Part shown: positions 36,465 to 45,316 of the stretch, piece after piece
Layout of the letters: each line of letters starts with the position of its first letter
How positions within the stretch are numbered: position 1 is the stretch's first letter
IMG/VR virus record: IMGVR_UViG_3300020421_000007
Coordinates: 19,090-83,089 of that record
Length of the DNA stretch: 64,000 nt
From: a virus
Reading direction: 5' to 3' (one strand)
Notes under the pieces: model-generated
Told to the model about the DNA's origin: nothing
Database searches by the model: none
Seen by the model: the letters and a program-made list of their open reading frames with translations, nothing else
Program-made: the position numbers and the translations under genes

Positions 36465-37502
36465 ATGAAAATAGGAATGATCGGACTAGGTAGGATGGGC
36501 GAGGGAATGTCTCGTCGTCTTATCGCAGCGGGACATGAGGTGCATGGATACCGCAACAACTATAAGAAAGCAGAAGAGCAATTTGAAGCGGGTTATATCA
36601 GTGGATGTACAACTTCTATTGAAAATCTTGTCCAAGTAATTCACCACAATAAAACAACAGGTGAAACTCCTGGTGTCTTTATGATGGTTGTACCAGCAGA
36701 AACAGTGGAGGATACCCTTAATGAGCTATTACAGTTTTGTGTGGAGGGAGATATTATTATTGATCATGGCAATAGCAACTTTAAAGATTCTCGCAAGAGA
36801 GCAGAAAGGTTGGCTAAACTTGGCATCGCATATCTTGACTGTGGTACTAGTGGTGGTGTTTACGGTTTGGAGCGTGGATACTGTCTTATGGTTGGTGGCG
36901 GAAGCAGCGCAGTCGATGTCTGCCGTCCTGCATTCGACGCCCTCTCCCCTGGTATTGCCGCTGCCCCACGCACAGGCAACGATGATTACATAATGTATCC
37001 AGAAGAATATGGGTGGATCTATGCTGGTCCTCCTGGAGCAGGTCACTTCGTAAAGATGGTTCACAACGGTATTGAATATGGGATCATGCAAGCATACGCA
37101 GAAGGATTTAATATCCTGCATGAAGCTAATGCTGGGGCAAAATATGTTGCTGAAGGGGATGCTGAGGTTGCCCCTATGGATTGTCCAGAAGATTATTGCT
37201 ACGACATTGACGTTGCTAAAGTTGCTGAGTGTTGGCGTCGTGGGTCTGTTGTTGGGTCTTGGTTGCTCGATCTTACCGCTGATGTACTACGAGGCGATAG
37301 AGAGCTTAGCAAGTTCGATGGGGGAGTATCAGACAGTGGTGAGGGTCGTTGGACTGTTCACGCTGCTGTGGATCTTGGTGTACCCTCTCCTGTTATCTCT
37401 AGTGCGTTATGGTCAAGATTTGAATCGAGAAGACTTGGAAAATTTGCTAACAAAGTCCTAAATGGTATGAGAGCAATGTTTGGAGGACACGACGTAAGAT
37501 GA
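36465..37502 (+). CDS. gnd: 6-phosphogluconate dehydrogenase
   Basis: GMIGLGRMG, GHFVKMVHNGIEYG, VSDSGEGRW, MRAMFGGH. Confidence 0.97.
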   Translation: MKIGMIGLGRMGEGMSRRLIAAGHEVHGYRNNYKKAEEQFEAGYISGCTTSIENLVQVIHHNKTTGETPGVFMMVVPAETVEDTLNELLQFCVEGDIIIDHGNSNFKDSRKRAERLAKLGIAYLDCGTSGGVYGLERGYCLMVGGGSSAVDVCRPAFDALSPGIAAAPRTGNDDYIMYPEEYGWIYAGPPGAGHFVKMVHNGIEYGIMQAYAEGFNILHEANAGAKYVAEGDAEVAPMDCPEDYCYDIDVAKVAECWRRGSVVGSWLLDLTADVLRGDRELSKFDGGVSDSGEGRWTVHAAVDLGVPSPVISSALWSRFESRRLGKFANKVLNGMRAMFGGHDVR

Positions 37503-37630
37503 CTTTTGGACATGTCTTACTTTGGACAGCAATACCCTTTGTTCTATCCACGATATACTTCGGGATGCGAAAAGGTGAAAATGTATACTACGAATCAGAT
37601 AATTATGACGGAAACGGAACAGCTCACTAG
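37499..37630 (+). CDS. ndhP: NDH-1L subunit NdhP (43 aa)
   Basis: MTFGHVLLWTAIPFVLSTIYFGMRKGENVYYESDNYDGNGTAH: one TM helix plus the NdhP tail Y(D/E)SDxYxGNG(S/T)AH. ATGA overlap with gnd; absent from the ORF track. Confidence 0.88.
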   Translation: MTFGHVLLWTAIPFVLSTIYFGMRKGENVYYESDNYDGNGTAH

Positions 37631-38948
37631 ACGTATAGTAATCTTCGGTGCGACTGGAGATCTATGTAAAAAGAAACTTATCCCAGCACTATACAAACTT
37701 TGGAAGAAAGATCTTCTTCCAAGTGGACTCTTAATTGTTGGTGCTTCTCGCAGAGAACTTCCAAGAGAAGTTTGGTTGAGAGATCTTGGTGATTATCCAG
37801 AAGGATTTACTCACTGGTTAGATTTTGTTTCTGTAGATCTTGATTGTAAGGAGAGTTTAAACAAACTACACGATAAGAGTAAAGACACAACTTATTTTCT
37901 ATCAGTCCCACCAGAGAGGTATGAAAATGCAATCACCAATCTCAAAGAAGCTGGGTTCTTGGATGACCCAGATCACTCCAGAGTGGTTATCGAGAAACCC
38001 TTTGGGTACGATTATAAATCTGCTGATCATTTACAGTCAGTGGTGGAGCGACATCTACGCGAAAAACAAGTCTATCGCATTGACCATTATCTCGGCAAAG
38101 ATACTGTTAATAACATCCTTGCCACCCGCTTTAGCAATATTATATTGGAACCACTTTGGAACAGGAATTACATAGAAGAGGTTCAGATCTTTGCTACCGA
38201 AACTATCGGGTGTGAGGGTCGTGCTCAATACTATGACACTGCTGGTCAGGTCCGTGACATGCTACAGAATCACATCCTACAAGTCCTAGCACTTATTGCT
38301 ATGGAAGCACCTTGTCGAATGTCAGCAACTGAAATCAGAAGAGAGAAGACAAAAGTTCTAGCAGCAACTAGAATGTCAAAGAACGTAATCTTGGGGCAAT
38401 ATGAATCTTACCGTACTGAAGAGGGTGTTGGTCCTGGGAGTGACACTCCTACCTATTTTGCTGGTTCTCTATTCGTCGATAACTGGCGTTGGGAGGGTGT
38501 ACCTTTTAACGTAATGACTGGTAAGAAGACTCCTTATCAATGTGTGGAAGTTGTCATTAAATTAAAAGCACCTCCACTAAAATTATATGAAGACGAAATA
38601 AATGATCGTATTTGTATGCGTCTACAACCCAATCCTCATCTTGATATTAGAATGGATATCAAAAGTCCTGGATTAAATGATGACTTAGAACGTGCCACAC
38701 TTTCCCATGACTACCCACAAGAACGAGCAATTGATGGATATGAGAAACTCCTTTATGATGCTATCACTAATGATCAGTCGCACTTTGTACATGCAGAAGA
38801 AGTCATGGAGTCGTGGAGGATTGTAGACGATCTCCTATGTACTGGTCCGTCTTGTACTGTACGTACAATGCCATATTTGTATCATGAAGGTACATGGGGA
38901 CCATCACATAAAACACAATTTATCACAGATTGGGATTATCCAGCATGA
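37605..38948 (+). CDS. zwf: Glucose-6-phosphate dehydrogenase
   Basis: IFGATGDL, IEKPFG, RIDHYLGK, RDMLQNH. Start placed at ATG 37605 because the upstream sequence encodes ndhP. Confidence 0.95.
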   Translation: MTETEQLTRRIVIFGATGDLCKKKLIPALYKLWKKDLLPSGLLIVGASRRELPREVWLRDLGDYPEGFTHWLDFVSVDLDCKESLNKLHDKSKDTTYFLSVPPERYENAITNLKEAGFLDDPDHSRVVIEKPFGYDYKSADHLQSVVERHLREKQVYRIDHYLGKDTVNNILATRFSNIILEPLWNRNYIEEVQIFATETIGCEGRAQYYDTAGQVRDMLQNHILQVLALIAMEAPCRMSATEIRREKTKVLAATRMSKNVILGQYESYRTEEGVGPGSDTPTYFAGSLFVDNWRWEGVPFNVMTGKKTPYQCVEVVIKLKAPPLKLYEDEINDRICMRLQPNPHLDIRMDIKSPGLNDDLERATLSHDYPQERAIDGYEKLLYDAITNDQSHFVHAEEVMESWRIVDDLLCTGPSCTVRTMPYLYHEGTWGPSHKTQFITDWDYPA

Positions 38949-39103
38949 GTCTAAACAGAAGGCATGGTCCACTAACTAGCGAGGAAGTGGAAGAACACAG
39001 GGAACTACGAAAAAAGTTATACGAACGTATTCGACAACTTCGTATGACTGAGTATATTGACGATGACGAAGAACCTGATGTATACATTGCGGAAGGAATA
39101 TGA
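38945..39103 (+). CDS. Small hypothetical protein (52 aa)
   Basis: MSLNRRHGPLTSEEVEEHRELRKKLYERIRQLRMTEYIDDDEEPDVYIAEGI; ATGA overlaps at both ends. Confidence 0.65.
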   Translation: MSLNRRHGPLTSEEVEEHRELRKKLYERIRQLRMTEYIDDDEEPDVYIAEGI

Positions 39104-39261
39104 TCCTAGAATTTGCTAGGTTTTGTGGAAGAACATTAAACAATCCATGGGCATGTGGTTTTATGGCATGGACTTTGGTGTTTGTTCCTATCTTAGGTAT
39201 GTGGGCAGTTCATAAATATGGATGGGAACACTGGGAACCTTTTACGAGGAAACACAAATGA
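39100..39261 (+). CDS. Small single-TM protein (53 aa)
   Basis: MILEFARFCGRTLNNPWACGFMAWTLVFVPILGMWAVHKYGWEHWEPFTRKHK; ATGA overlaps at both ends. Confidence 0.7.
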   Translation: MILEFARFCGRTLNNPWACGFMAWTLVFVPILGMWAVHKYGWEHWEPFTRKHK

Positions 39262-39467
39262 ATCCAGTAATTTTAATCGGTTGTTTCACACCACTGGTTT
39301 TAATTTTTATTGTAATGAAACTTGCTGTTTGGGTATCTGCTGTAAATTCTGAAACCGATTATGTCAGACGAGAACCTCTACGAAAACGAGGACCCTACGT
39401 GGAAAATCCATATGAGGATGTTGACGCAGAGGAAGAGGAGTATGGAGATCGCACAGATTATAGATGA
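39258..39467 (+). CDS. Small membrane-anchored protein
   Basis: MNPVILIGCFTPLVLIFIVMKLAVWV with an acidic tail; start at the ATGA overlap. Confidence 0.65.
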   Translation: MNPVILIGCFTPLVLIFIVMKLAVWVSAVNSETDYVRREPLRKRGPYVENPYEDVDAEEEEYGDRTDYR

Positions 39468-39591
39468 TGCTCTCTATGAATATTATGTGGTAGAACGTGG
39501 TCAGGAAGTTCCTAATTGGAGATACATAAAAGACCAAGATTGGTGGATTGAATATTTAAAACAATTAGGAATTAACCCTAGAAACCCATGA
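39442..39591 (+). CDS. Small hypothetical protein
   Basis: MEIAQIIDDALYEYY...WWIEYLKQLGINPRNP; purine-rich RBS-like sequence before the ATG. Confidence 0.6.
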   Translation: MEIAQIIDDALYEYYVVERGQEVPNWRYIKDQDWWIEYLKQLGINPRNP

Positions 39592-39794
39592 ATTTATTAT
39601 TGCGTCCGTTAGAAAATAATAACGACCCTGTTTGGAGTGTGATCATTAGTATCATGCTGCTCCTAGCAGGGGTTTTTTATGTCGTCTACTATATACTTGG
39701 TATTGACGAGAGAGAATCCCATGGGAGCAATGACACCACCCAGTCGGAAGAGCTGCTACAACTTCAGAGTGACAGAGATCAACAGAGTCCTTGA
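39588..39794 (+). CDS. Small single-TM protein
   Basis: DPVWSVIISIMLLLAGVFYVVYYILGID; ATGA overlap. Confidence 0.6.
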   Translation: MNLLLRPLENNNDPVWSVIISIMLLLAGVFYVVYYILGIDERESHGSNDTTQSEELLQLQSDRDQQSP

Positions 39795-40179
39795 TGGAGA
39801 TACGATTGATGTTACAATTGATCTTGGATTTGACCTCTACAAAAAAGAACGTGTTCGTATCGCTGGTGTTGACACTCCTGAGAAACGCACGAGAGACTTG
39901 GAAGAAAAGGCACTTGGACTAGATGCTACCAACTGGATGAAAGAGAAACTAGAGGGAGCGATTGCAGGTGATGACGAACTCTCTATTAGAACTGAGTTGG
40001 TTGGTGGTATGGGTAAGTACGGTCGCCTTCTTGGTTGGTTATATATTGGAGACGCAGAAGTATCATTGAACGAGCAGATGATTACCGAAGGGTATGCTTG
40101 GGGATATGATGGTGGCACTAAACAAAAAGACTTTGAAGAACTTCGTGAAATTAGAAGAAAACATGGTACTCTTGTTTAA
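39721..40179 (+). CDS. Thermonuclease (SNase-fold) endonuclease
   Basis: RVLDGDTIDV, RVRIAGVDTPE, GKYGRLLG, LNEQMITEGYA. Confidence 0.88.
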   Translation: MGAMTPPSRKSCYNFRVTEINRVLDGDTIDVTIDLGFDLYKKERVRIAGVDTPEKRTRDLEEKALGLDATNWMKEKLEGAIAGDDELSIRTELVGGMGKYGRLLGWLYIGDAEVSLNEQMITEGYAWGYDGGTKQKDFEELREIRRKHGTLV

Positions 40180-40185
40180 CAATCC

Positions 40186-40404
40186 ATGATGGATATACCA
40201 CACGAAGATGAATATGATTTTATCATGTACATCAAAATTGATGAAATACGTATGTTATATGATCACATATGTTATTCAATAAAAATGTGGCCTGGATCTC
40301 CCGCAAGACCAGTAGAAGAACAAGAGTATCTCATACAGCTTAAAAATAGGTTGTTTGCTATGATTGCTGATTACTCTTTTTCCCAACTTGACATAGATAA
40401 TTAA
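40186..40404 (+). CDS. Hypothetical protein
   Basis: 72 aa, WPGSPARPVEEQEYL motif. Confidence 0.65.
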   Translation: MMDIPHEDEYDFIMYIKIDEIRMLYDHICYSIKMWPGSPARPVEEQEYLIQLKNRLFAMIADYSFSQLDIDN

Positions 40405-40472
40405 TTCGTATACAATTGTTACATTATTTTTTCCTACATACGGTATAATGTGATTACCACGTATACAAATTC

Positions 40473-40766
40473 ATGGCTAACGAATTTTCCGATTTTAGTT
40501 TGAGTCGAGTGGAGTGTGAGAAATGTGGAGCAACTTGGATTAACGGACAGCATGTTTGGAGAGGAACAGGTGGATCATCTGATTCTTCTGAATTAGATCT
40601 TGCTGGTCTTGTTTGTAATAAGTACGGAGACTCTCAGTGTATCAACCCCAAGAAAGGTCAAGATGGTGGACAAACTTGGGAATATCGTGCTGGATATATT
40701 GACGGCATGATCAAAGGTAAGAAAGATGCCATCAATGAAATGAATGATAGATTTGGAGATCTCTAA
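40473..40766 (+). CDS. Hypothetical Cys-containing protein
   Basis: CEKCGATWINGQH...DLAGLVCN...CINP. Confidence 0.7.
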   Translation: MANEFSDFSLSRVECEKCGATWINGQHVWRGTGGSSDSSELDLAGLVCNKYGDSQCINPKKGQDGGQTWEYRAGYIDGMIKGKKDAINEMNDRFGDL

Positions 40767-40793
40767 ATACTAGTGGTGAACTAGAATTTTGTT

Positions 40794-42443
40794 GTGTCTT
40801 CTAACGATATATATTTGGGTAACCCGAACCTAAAGAAAGCGGGCACCCCAATACAGTTTTCAAAAAAACAAATTGACGAGTGGATCAAATGTAAAAATGA
40901 TCCAATTTATTTTGCTATGAACTATATCAAAATCATCTCGCTAGATGAGGGTCTAGTTCCCTTTAGCATGTATGATTTTCAAAAAGAAATTCTAAACGAC
41001 TTCCACAATAATAGGTTTAACATTGCAAAACTTCCTAGACAGACTGGCAAATCGACCACTGTTGTTGCTTACCTGCTTTATTACGCTATCTTCTACGACA
41101 GTGTTAACATTGGTATTCTGGCTAACAAGGCATCTACCGCAAGGGAGTTACTCGGTCGTCTTCAACTAGCATATGAGAACTTGCCAAAATGGATGCAACA
41201 TGGTATCCTTGTATGGAACAAAGGTAATGTTGAGTTAGAAAATGGCAGTAAGATATTGGCAGCTTCTACATCTGCAAGTGCTGTCCGAGGCATGTCGTTC
41301 AATATTCTCTTCCTCGACGAATTCGCCTTCGTTCCAAACCATGTTGCGGAGCAATTCTTTGCCTCTGTTTATCCTACTATTACTTCTGGTAAATCAACGA
41401 AGGTAATTATCATCTCTACGCCTAACGGCATGAATCACTTCTACAAGATGTGGGAGGATGCTAGAAGAGGTAAGAATGATTATGTTACAAATGAGGTACA
41501 TTGGTCTCAAGTACCTGGCAGAGATGCTAAATGGAAAGAGGAGACTATTAAGAACACGTCACCACGACAGTTCGCACAAGAATTTGAATGCGATTTCCTT
41601 GGTTCTGCTGACACTTTGATTAGTCCAGCAAAACTACAAACTATACCATTTCACGATCCTATTAAGAGCAATGCTGGACTTGACATCTATGAGAGAGTTG
41701 AAAAGGATCACGAATATATCATTACTGTTGATGTTGCCAGAGGAATTGGTGGCGACTATTCTGCTTTCCTCGTGTTTGATATCACCACTGTCCCGTATAA
41801 GATCGTTGCAAAGTACAGAAATAATGAGATTAAACCTGTACTGTTTCCCTCGGTAATCTTTCAGGTCTGTAAAGAATACAACAACCCATACGTACTAGTT
41901 GAGGTAAACGACATTGGCGATTCTATTGCTGCTACTCTTAATTACGATCTTGAATATCCTAACGTACTTATGTGTGCGATGCGTGGTAGAGCTGGTCAAG
42001 TCGTGGGGCAAGGATTCTCAGGAACAAAAACCCAACTAGGTGTGAAGATGAGTGTAACCGTTAAGAAGATCGGTTGCTCCAATCTTAAAGCTATTATTGA
42101 AGAAGACAAACTATTATTCAATGACTTTCAGATCTTCCAAGAGCTAACTACATTTGTACAGAAGAAACAAGCGTGGGAAGCAGACGAGGGATATCATGAT
42201 GACCTCGTTATGTGTATGGTATTGTTTGCGTGGTTAGTCATGCAAGAATACTTTAAGGAGATGACAGACCAGGACATTAGAAGGAGAATTTACGATGAGC
42301 AAAGAAATCAAATTGAACAAGATATGGCTCCTTTTGGCTTTGTTGATGATGGTATGGGCGACGACACCTTTGTGGACGCAGATGGTAATCTGTGGGAGTA
42401 TGGAGACAAGCAAGAAGAAGTCGGATACATGTGGAACTACTAA
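40794..42443 (+). CDS. g17: Terminase large subunit gp17
   Basis: YLGNPNLK, PRQTGKST, FLDEFAF, DVARG, HDDLVM; CTAAATA at 40763-40769. Confidence 0.97.
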   Translation: MSSNDIYLGNPNLKKAGTPIQFSKKQIDEWIKCKNDPIYFAMNYIKIISLDEGLVPFSMYDFQKEILNDFHNNRFNIAKLPRQTGKSTTVVAYLLYYAIFYDSVNIGILANKASTARELLGRLQLAYENLPKWMQHGILVWNKGNVELENGSKILAASTSASAVRGMSFNILFLDEFAFVPNHVAEQFFASVYPTITSGKSTKVIIISTPNGMNHFYKMWEDARRGKNDYVTNEVHWSQVPGRDAKWKEETIKNTSPRQFAQEFECDFLGSADTLISPAKLQTIPFHDPIKSNAGLDIYERVEKDHEYIITVDVARGIGGDYSAFLVFDITTVPYKIVAKYRNNEIKPVLFPSVIFQVCKEYNNPYVLVEVNDIGDSIAATLNYDLEYPNVLMCAMRGRAGQVVGQGFSGTKTQLGVKMSVTVKKIGCSNLKAIIEEDKLLFNDFQIFQELTTFVQKKQAWEADEGYHDDLVMCMVLFAWLVMQEYFKEMTDQDIRRRIYDEQRNQIEQDMAPFGFVDDGMGDDTFVDADGNLWEYGDKQEEVGYMWNY

Positions 42444-42673
42444 TGGATATTGGGGATCAATTTTCTTTAGAACACTTACTTTTTAGGGAGAGGGTTTGTA
42501 GAACTTGTGGTCAAAAGAAAGATCTTATATCAGAATTTTATCTAACAAGAAAAAATAAAAAAGGACATCCATCAGCGTATGCTTATGAATGTAAAGACTG
42601 TACCGTCAAAAGAGTTATGGATACTAGAAAGAAAAGAGATCCATTTGTTGATTGGGGTTATCCAGACTGGTAG
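42443..42673 (+). CDS. Small zinc-finger protein
   Basis: CRTCGQKK...EFY...YECKDC; TAATG overlap with gp17. Confidence 0.7.
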   Translation: MDIGDQFSLEHLLFRERVCRTCGQKKDLISEFYLTRKNKKGHPSAYAYECKDCTVKRVMDTRKKRDPFVDWGYPDW

Positions 42674-42751
42674 TTCATGCATAGTTTCCCCGTTTGAAAC
42701 ATATAAAAATCTAAATACCTTTAGATAAATTTGATATCTAGAGGTAAAAAC

Positions 42752-44656
42752 ATGGCAAGTCAAGTCTCGCCTGGTGTTGTTATTAGAGAACGTGATTTTT
42801 CCAATGCTGTTGTCGTAGGAGCTACCGCTATTCGTGGCGCTTTCTCTTCTTCTTTCCGCAAAGGACCCGTAGGCAAAATTGTAAACATCGGTTCTGAAAG
42901 AGAACTCATCGACACGTTCGGTACACCATCCGAGGCTAACGCTGGTGATTGGTTGGTTGCTTCCGAATTCCTCCGTTACGGCGGACAGTTGGGTGTAGTT
43001 CGTGCTGCTACTGGTGTTTTAAACGCAACAGCATCTGGTTCAGGTGTTTTAATTGGAAGCAAAGAGTCATTCGATTCTGGTGTAACTTCCGAGAAGTTCG
43101 CTGCTAGAGATGCTGGTGCTGACGGCAACAACCTTAGTGTTGTTATCGTAGACCGTGGTGCTGATTTTGTAATCAGCAAAACTGGTCACGGTTTAGCAGT
43201 TGGTGGCACATATACTGATGACGCTTCTGTAACACACGAAGTTGTTAAAGTAACTGACGCAAACACCTTTGAAATTATTCAAGGTTCTGCTACACCTACT
43301 CCCGCTTCTGGCGACACCGCTACTGCTTGGGATTACAATTCACAAGCAATCGCTTCAACTGGTTTAACTTACAAAGCAATCGCTCCCCGCCCTGGCACTA
43401 GTGCTTATGCTTCCGAGCGTTTCCTTTCCTATGACGAAGTACACGTTGCTGTAATTGACACCGCAACAAATACAATCGTCGAGAGAATGACATATCTCTC
43501 TAAACTTTCCGATGCTAAAACACCTGAAGGTGCTTCGGCATATTGGAAAGATTATGTCAATGAGTATTCAGGTTTCATTTATGCTGGTGTTGGTCTCAGT
43601 TCTGCTGAAGTAACAACTACTGGTGAAGATCCTGGTGCTACAGCAGCATCTTATGGTGCTACTTCTGGTTCACCATTAGAACTCGCAAGAATTCTACCTA
43701 CCGCAGGTGGTGCTCTATCGGGTGGTACTGATGACTATGCATATACTGCTGGTGAAATTCAAGCAGGATATGATCTATTCTTAGACACTGAAGAAACCAC
43801 CGTAGATTTCGTTCTCATGGGTGGTGACGCTGCTAACGAAAACGATACTATTGCTAAAGCACAAGCAGTTGCTGCTATTGCTAATAGCAGAAAAGATTGT
43901 GTTGCTTTCATCTCCCCCTGGTCTGGAGCACAAGTCGCAACCTCTGGTGGCGCTGCTCTAACTCCAGCGCAACAACTAGCAAACACTATGTCCTTCTTTA
44001 ACAATATTGGATCTTCTTCCTATGTTGTTTTAGACAGTGGTATTAAGTACACCTATGATCGCTTTAACGATAAGTATCGTTATGTTGGTTGTAACGGTGA
44101 CGTTGCTGGTCTTTGTGTTTCAACTTCTTCTACTCTCGATGACTGGTTCTCACCCGCTGGTTTAAATCGTGGTGGTCTACAGAATGTTGTAAAATTAGCG
44201 TTCAATCCTAACAAGGCACAACGCGATGATCTCTATACAAATAGAATCAACCCAATCGTTTCTATGCCTGGCAGTGGTCCTGTTCTCTTTGGAGACAAGA
44301 CAGGTCTTTCTTCGCCTAGCGCATTTGACAGAATTAACGTTCGCCGTCTCTTCCTTAATGTTGAGAAGAGAGCAAGAGGACTTGCTGAGGGCGTACTCTT
44401 TGAGCAAAATGACAGCGTAACTCGTGGAGGTTTTGCTGCTTCTATGTCCTCTTACCTCTCTGAGGTTCAGGCACGTAGAGGTGTTGTTGACTTCCTAGTT
44501 GTTTGTGATGATACTAACAACACTCCTGAAGTTATCGACAGGAATGAGTTTGTTGCTGAACTGTACCTCAAGCCCACACGCTCCATCAACTTCGTAACAG
44601 TTACTGTTACTGCTACTAGATCTGGCGTTTCGTTCACTGAAGTCATCGGTAGATGA
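42752..44656 (+). CDS. g18: Tail sheath gp18
   Basis: SPGVVIRERD, WFSPAGLNRG, FDRINVRRLF; CTAAATA at 42711-42717; GAGG RBS. Confidence 0.97.
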   Translation: MASQVSPGVVIRERDFSNAVVVGATAIRGAFSSSFRKGPVGKIVNIGSERELIDTFGTPSEANAGDWLVASEFLRYGGQLGVVRAATGVLNATASGSGVLIGSKESFDSGVTSEKFAARDAGADGNNLSVVIVDRGADFVISKTGHGLAVGGTYTDDASVTHEVVKVTDANTFEIIQGSATPTPASGDTATAWDYNSQAIASTGLTYKAIAPRPGTSAYASERFLSYDEVHVAVIDTATNTIVERMTYLSKLSDAKTPEGASAYWKDYVNEYSGFIYAGVGLSSAEVTTTGEDPGATAASYGATSGSPLELARILPTAGGALSGGTDDYAYTAGEIQAGYDLFLDTEETTVDFVLMGGDAANENDTIAKAQAVAAIANSRKDCVAFISPWSGAQVATSGGAALTPAQQLANTMSFFNNIGSSSYVVLDSGIKYTYDRFNDKYRYVGCNGDVAGLCVSTSSTLDDWFSPAGLNRGGLQNVVKLAFNPNKAQRDDLYTNRINPIVSMPGSGPVLFGDKTGLSSPSAFDRINVRRLFLNVEKRARGLAEGVLFEQNDSVTRGGFAASMSSYLSEVQARRGVVDFLVVCDDTNNTPEVIDRNEFVAELYLKPTRSINFVTVTVTATRSGVSFTEVIGR

Positions 44657-44694
44657 TAATTAGTTATAGAGAAAAAATTACGAGGTAAACAACA

Positions 44695-45282
44695 ATGGCA
44701 CTGTCAAACGTTTCAAATTTCTTACAGACTATCGGACAGGGCGTCAAGCCCAATATGTTCCTGGTAGATGTTCAATTCCCAGATGCTCTAGCAAAGCAGG
44801 GTGAGGATCTAAATCTTACAAATATTCTTTGTAAGTCTGCTGCACTCCCAGGTTCTAACTTGGGTGTCATCGAAGTTCCTTTCCGTGGTAGAACTGTCAA
44901 GATCGCTGGTGATCGTACCTTCGATACTTGGACTGCTACCTTCTTCAACGATAAGGACTTTAAACTACGTTCCTTCTTTGAAGAGTGGGCAAACAACATC
45001 AACACCCACGAAGCAAATACTTCACCTCTCTTTACTCCATCAACCACTTCTGGTTACATGGCAGATCTAAAGGTAGATCAACTAGAGAAGGATTCTTCTA
45101 CCGAAGGTTCAATCCTTAGAAGATACACCCTTAAGTATTGCTTCCCAACCAACGTTTCTCCTATCGATCTTGCTTATGATAGCAATGATCAGATTGAAGA
45201 ATTCACTGTTGAGTGGCAGTATTCTTACTTCACTGCTCAAGCAGGATCTAGAGATGGTGTTTCTGGCATTGGCGTAGTCTGA
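44695..45282 (+). CDS. g19: Tail tube gp19
   Basis: LPGSNLGVIEVPFRGRTVKIAGDRTFDTW. Confidence 0.97.
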   Translation: MALSNVSNFLQTIGQGVKPNMFLVDVQFPDALAKQGEDLNLTNILCKSAALPGSNLGVIEVPFRGRTVKIAGDRTFDTWTATFFNDKDFKLRSFFEEWANNINTHEANTSPLFTPSTTSGYMADLKVDQLEKDSSTEGSILRRYTLKYCFPTNVSPIDLAYDSNDQIEEFTVEWQYSYFTAQAGSRDGVSGIGVV

Positions 45283-45316
45283 TAAATAGTTGAACGCTCA
45301 ACTATTCTTTTAAATC

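Noticed and set aside
37506-37604. N-terminal extension of Zwf given in the ORF track
   Set aside because: The interval encodes ndhP in another frame, and the Zwf Rossmann motif starts just after ATG 37605.
40405-40430. Canonical RpaB HLR1 or NtcA site
   Set aside because: Only one good GTTACATT half-site with off spacing; the GTA-N4-TAC near 35141-35150 does not fit NtcA GTA-N8-TAC.
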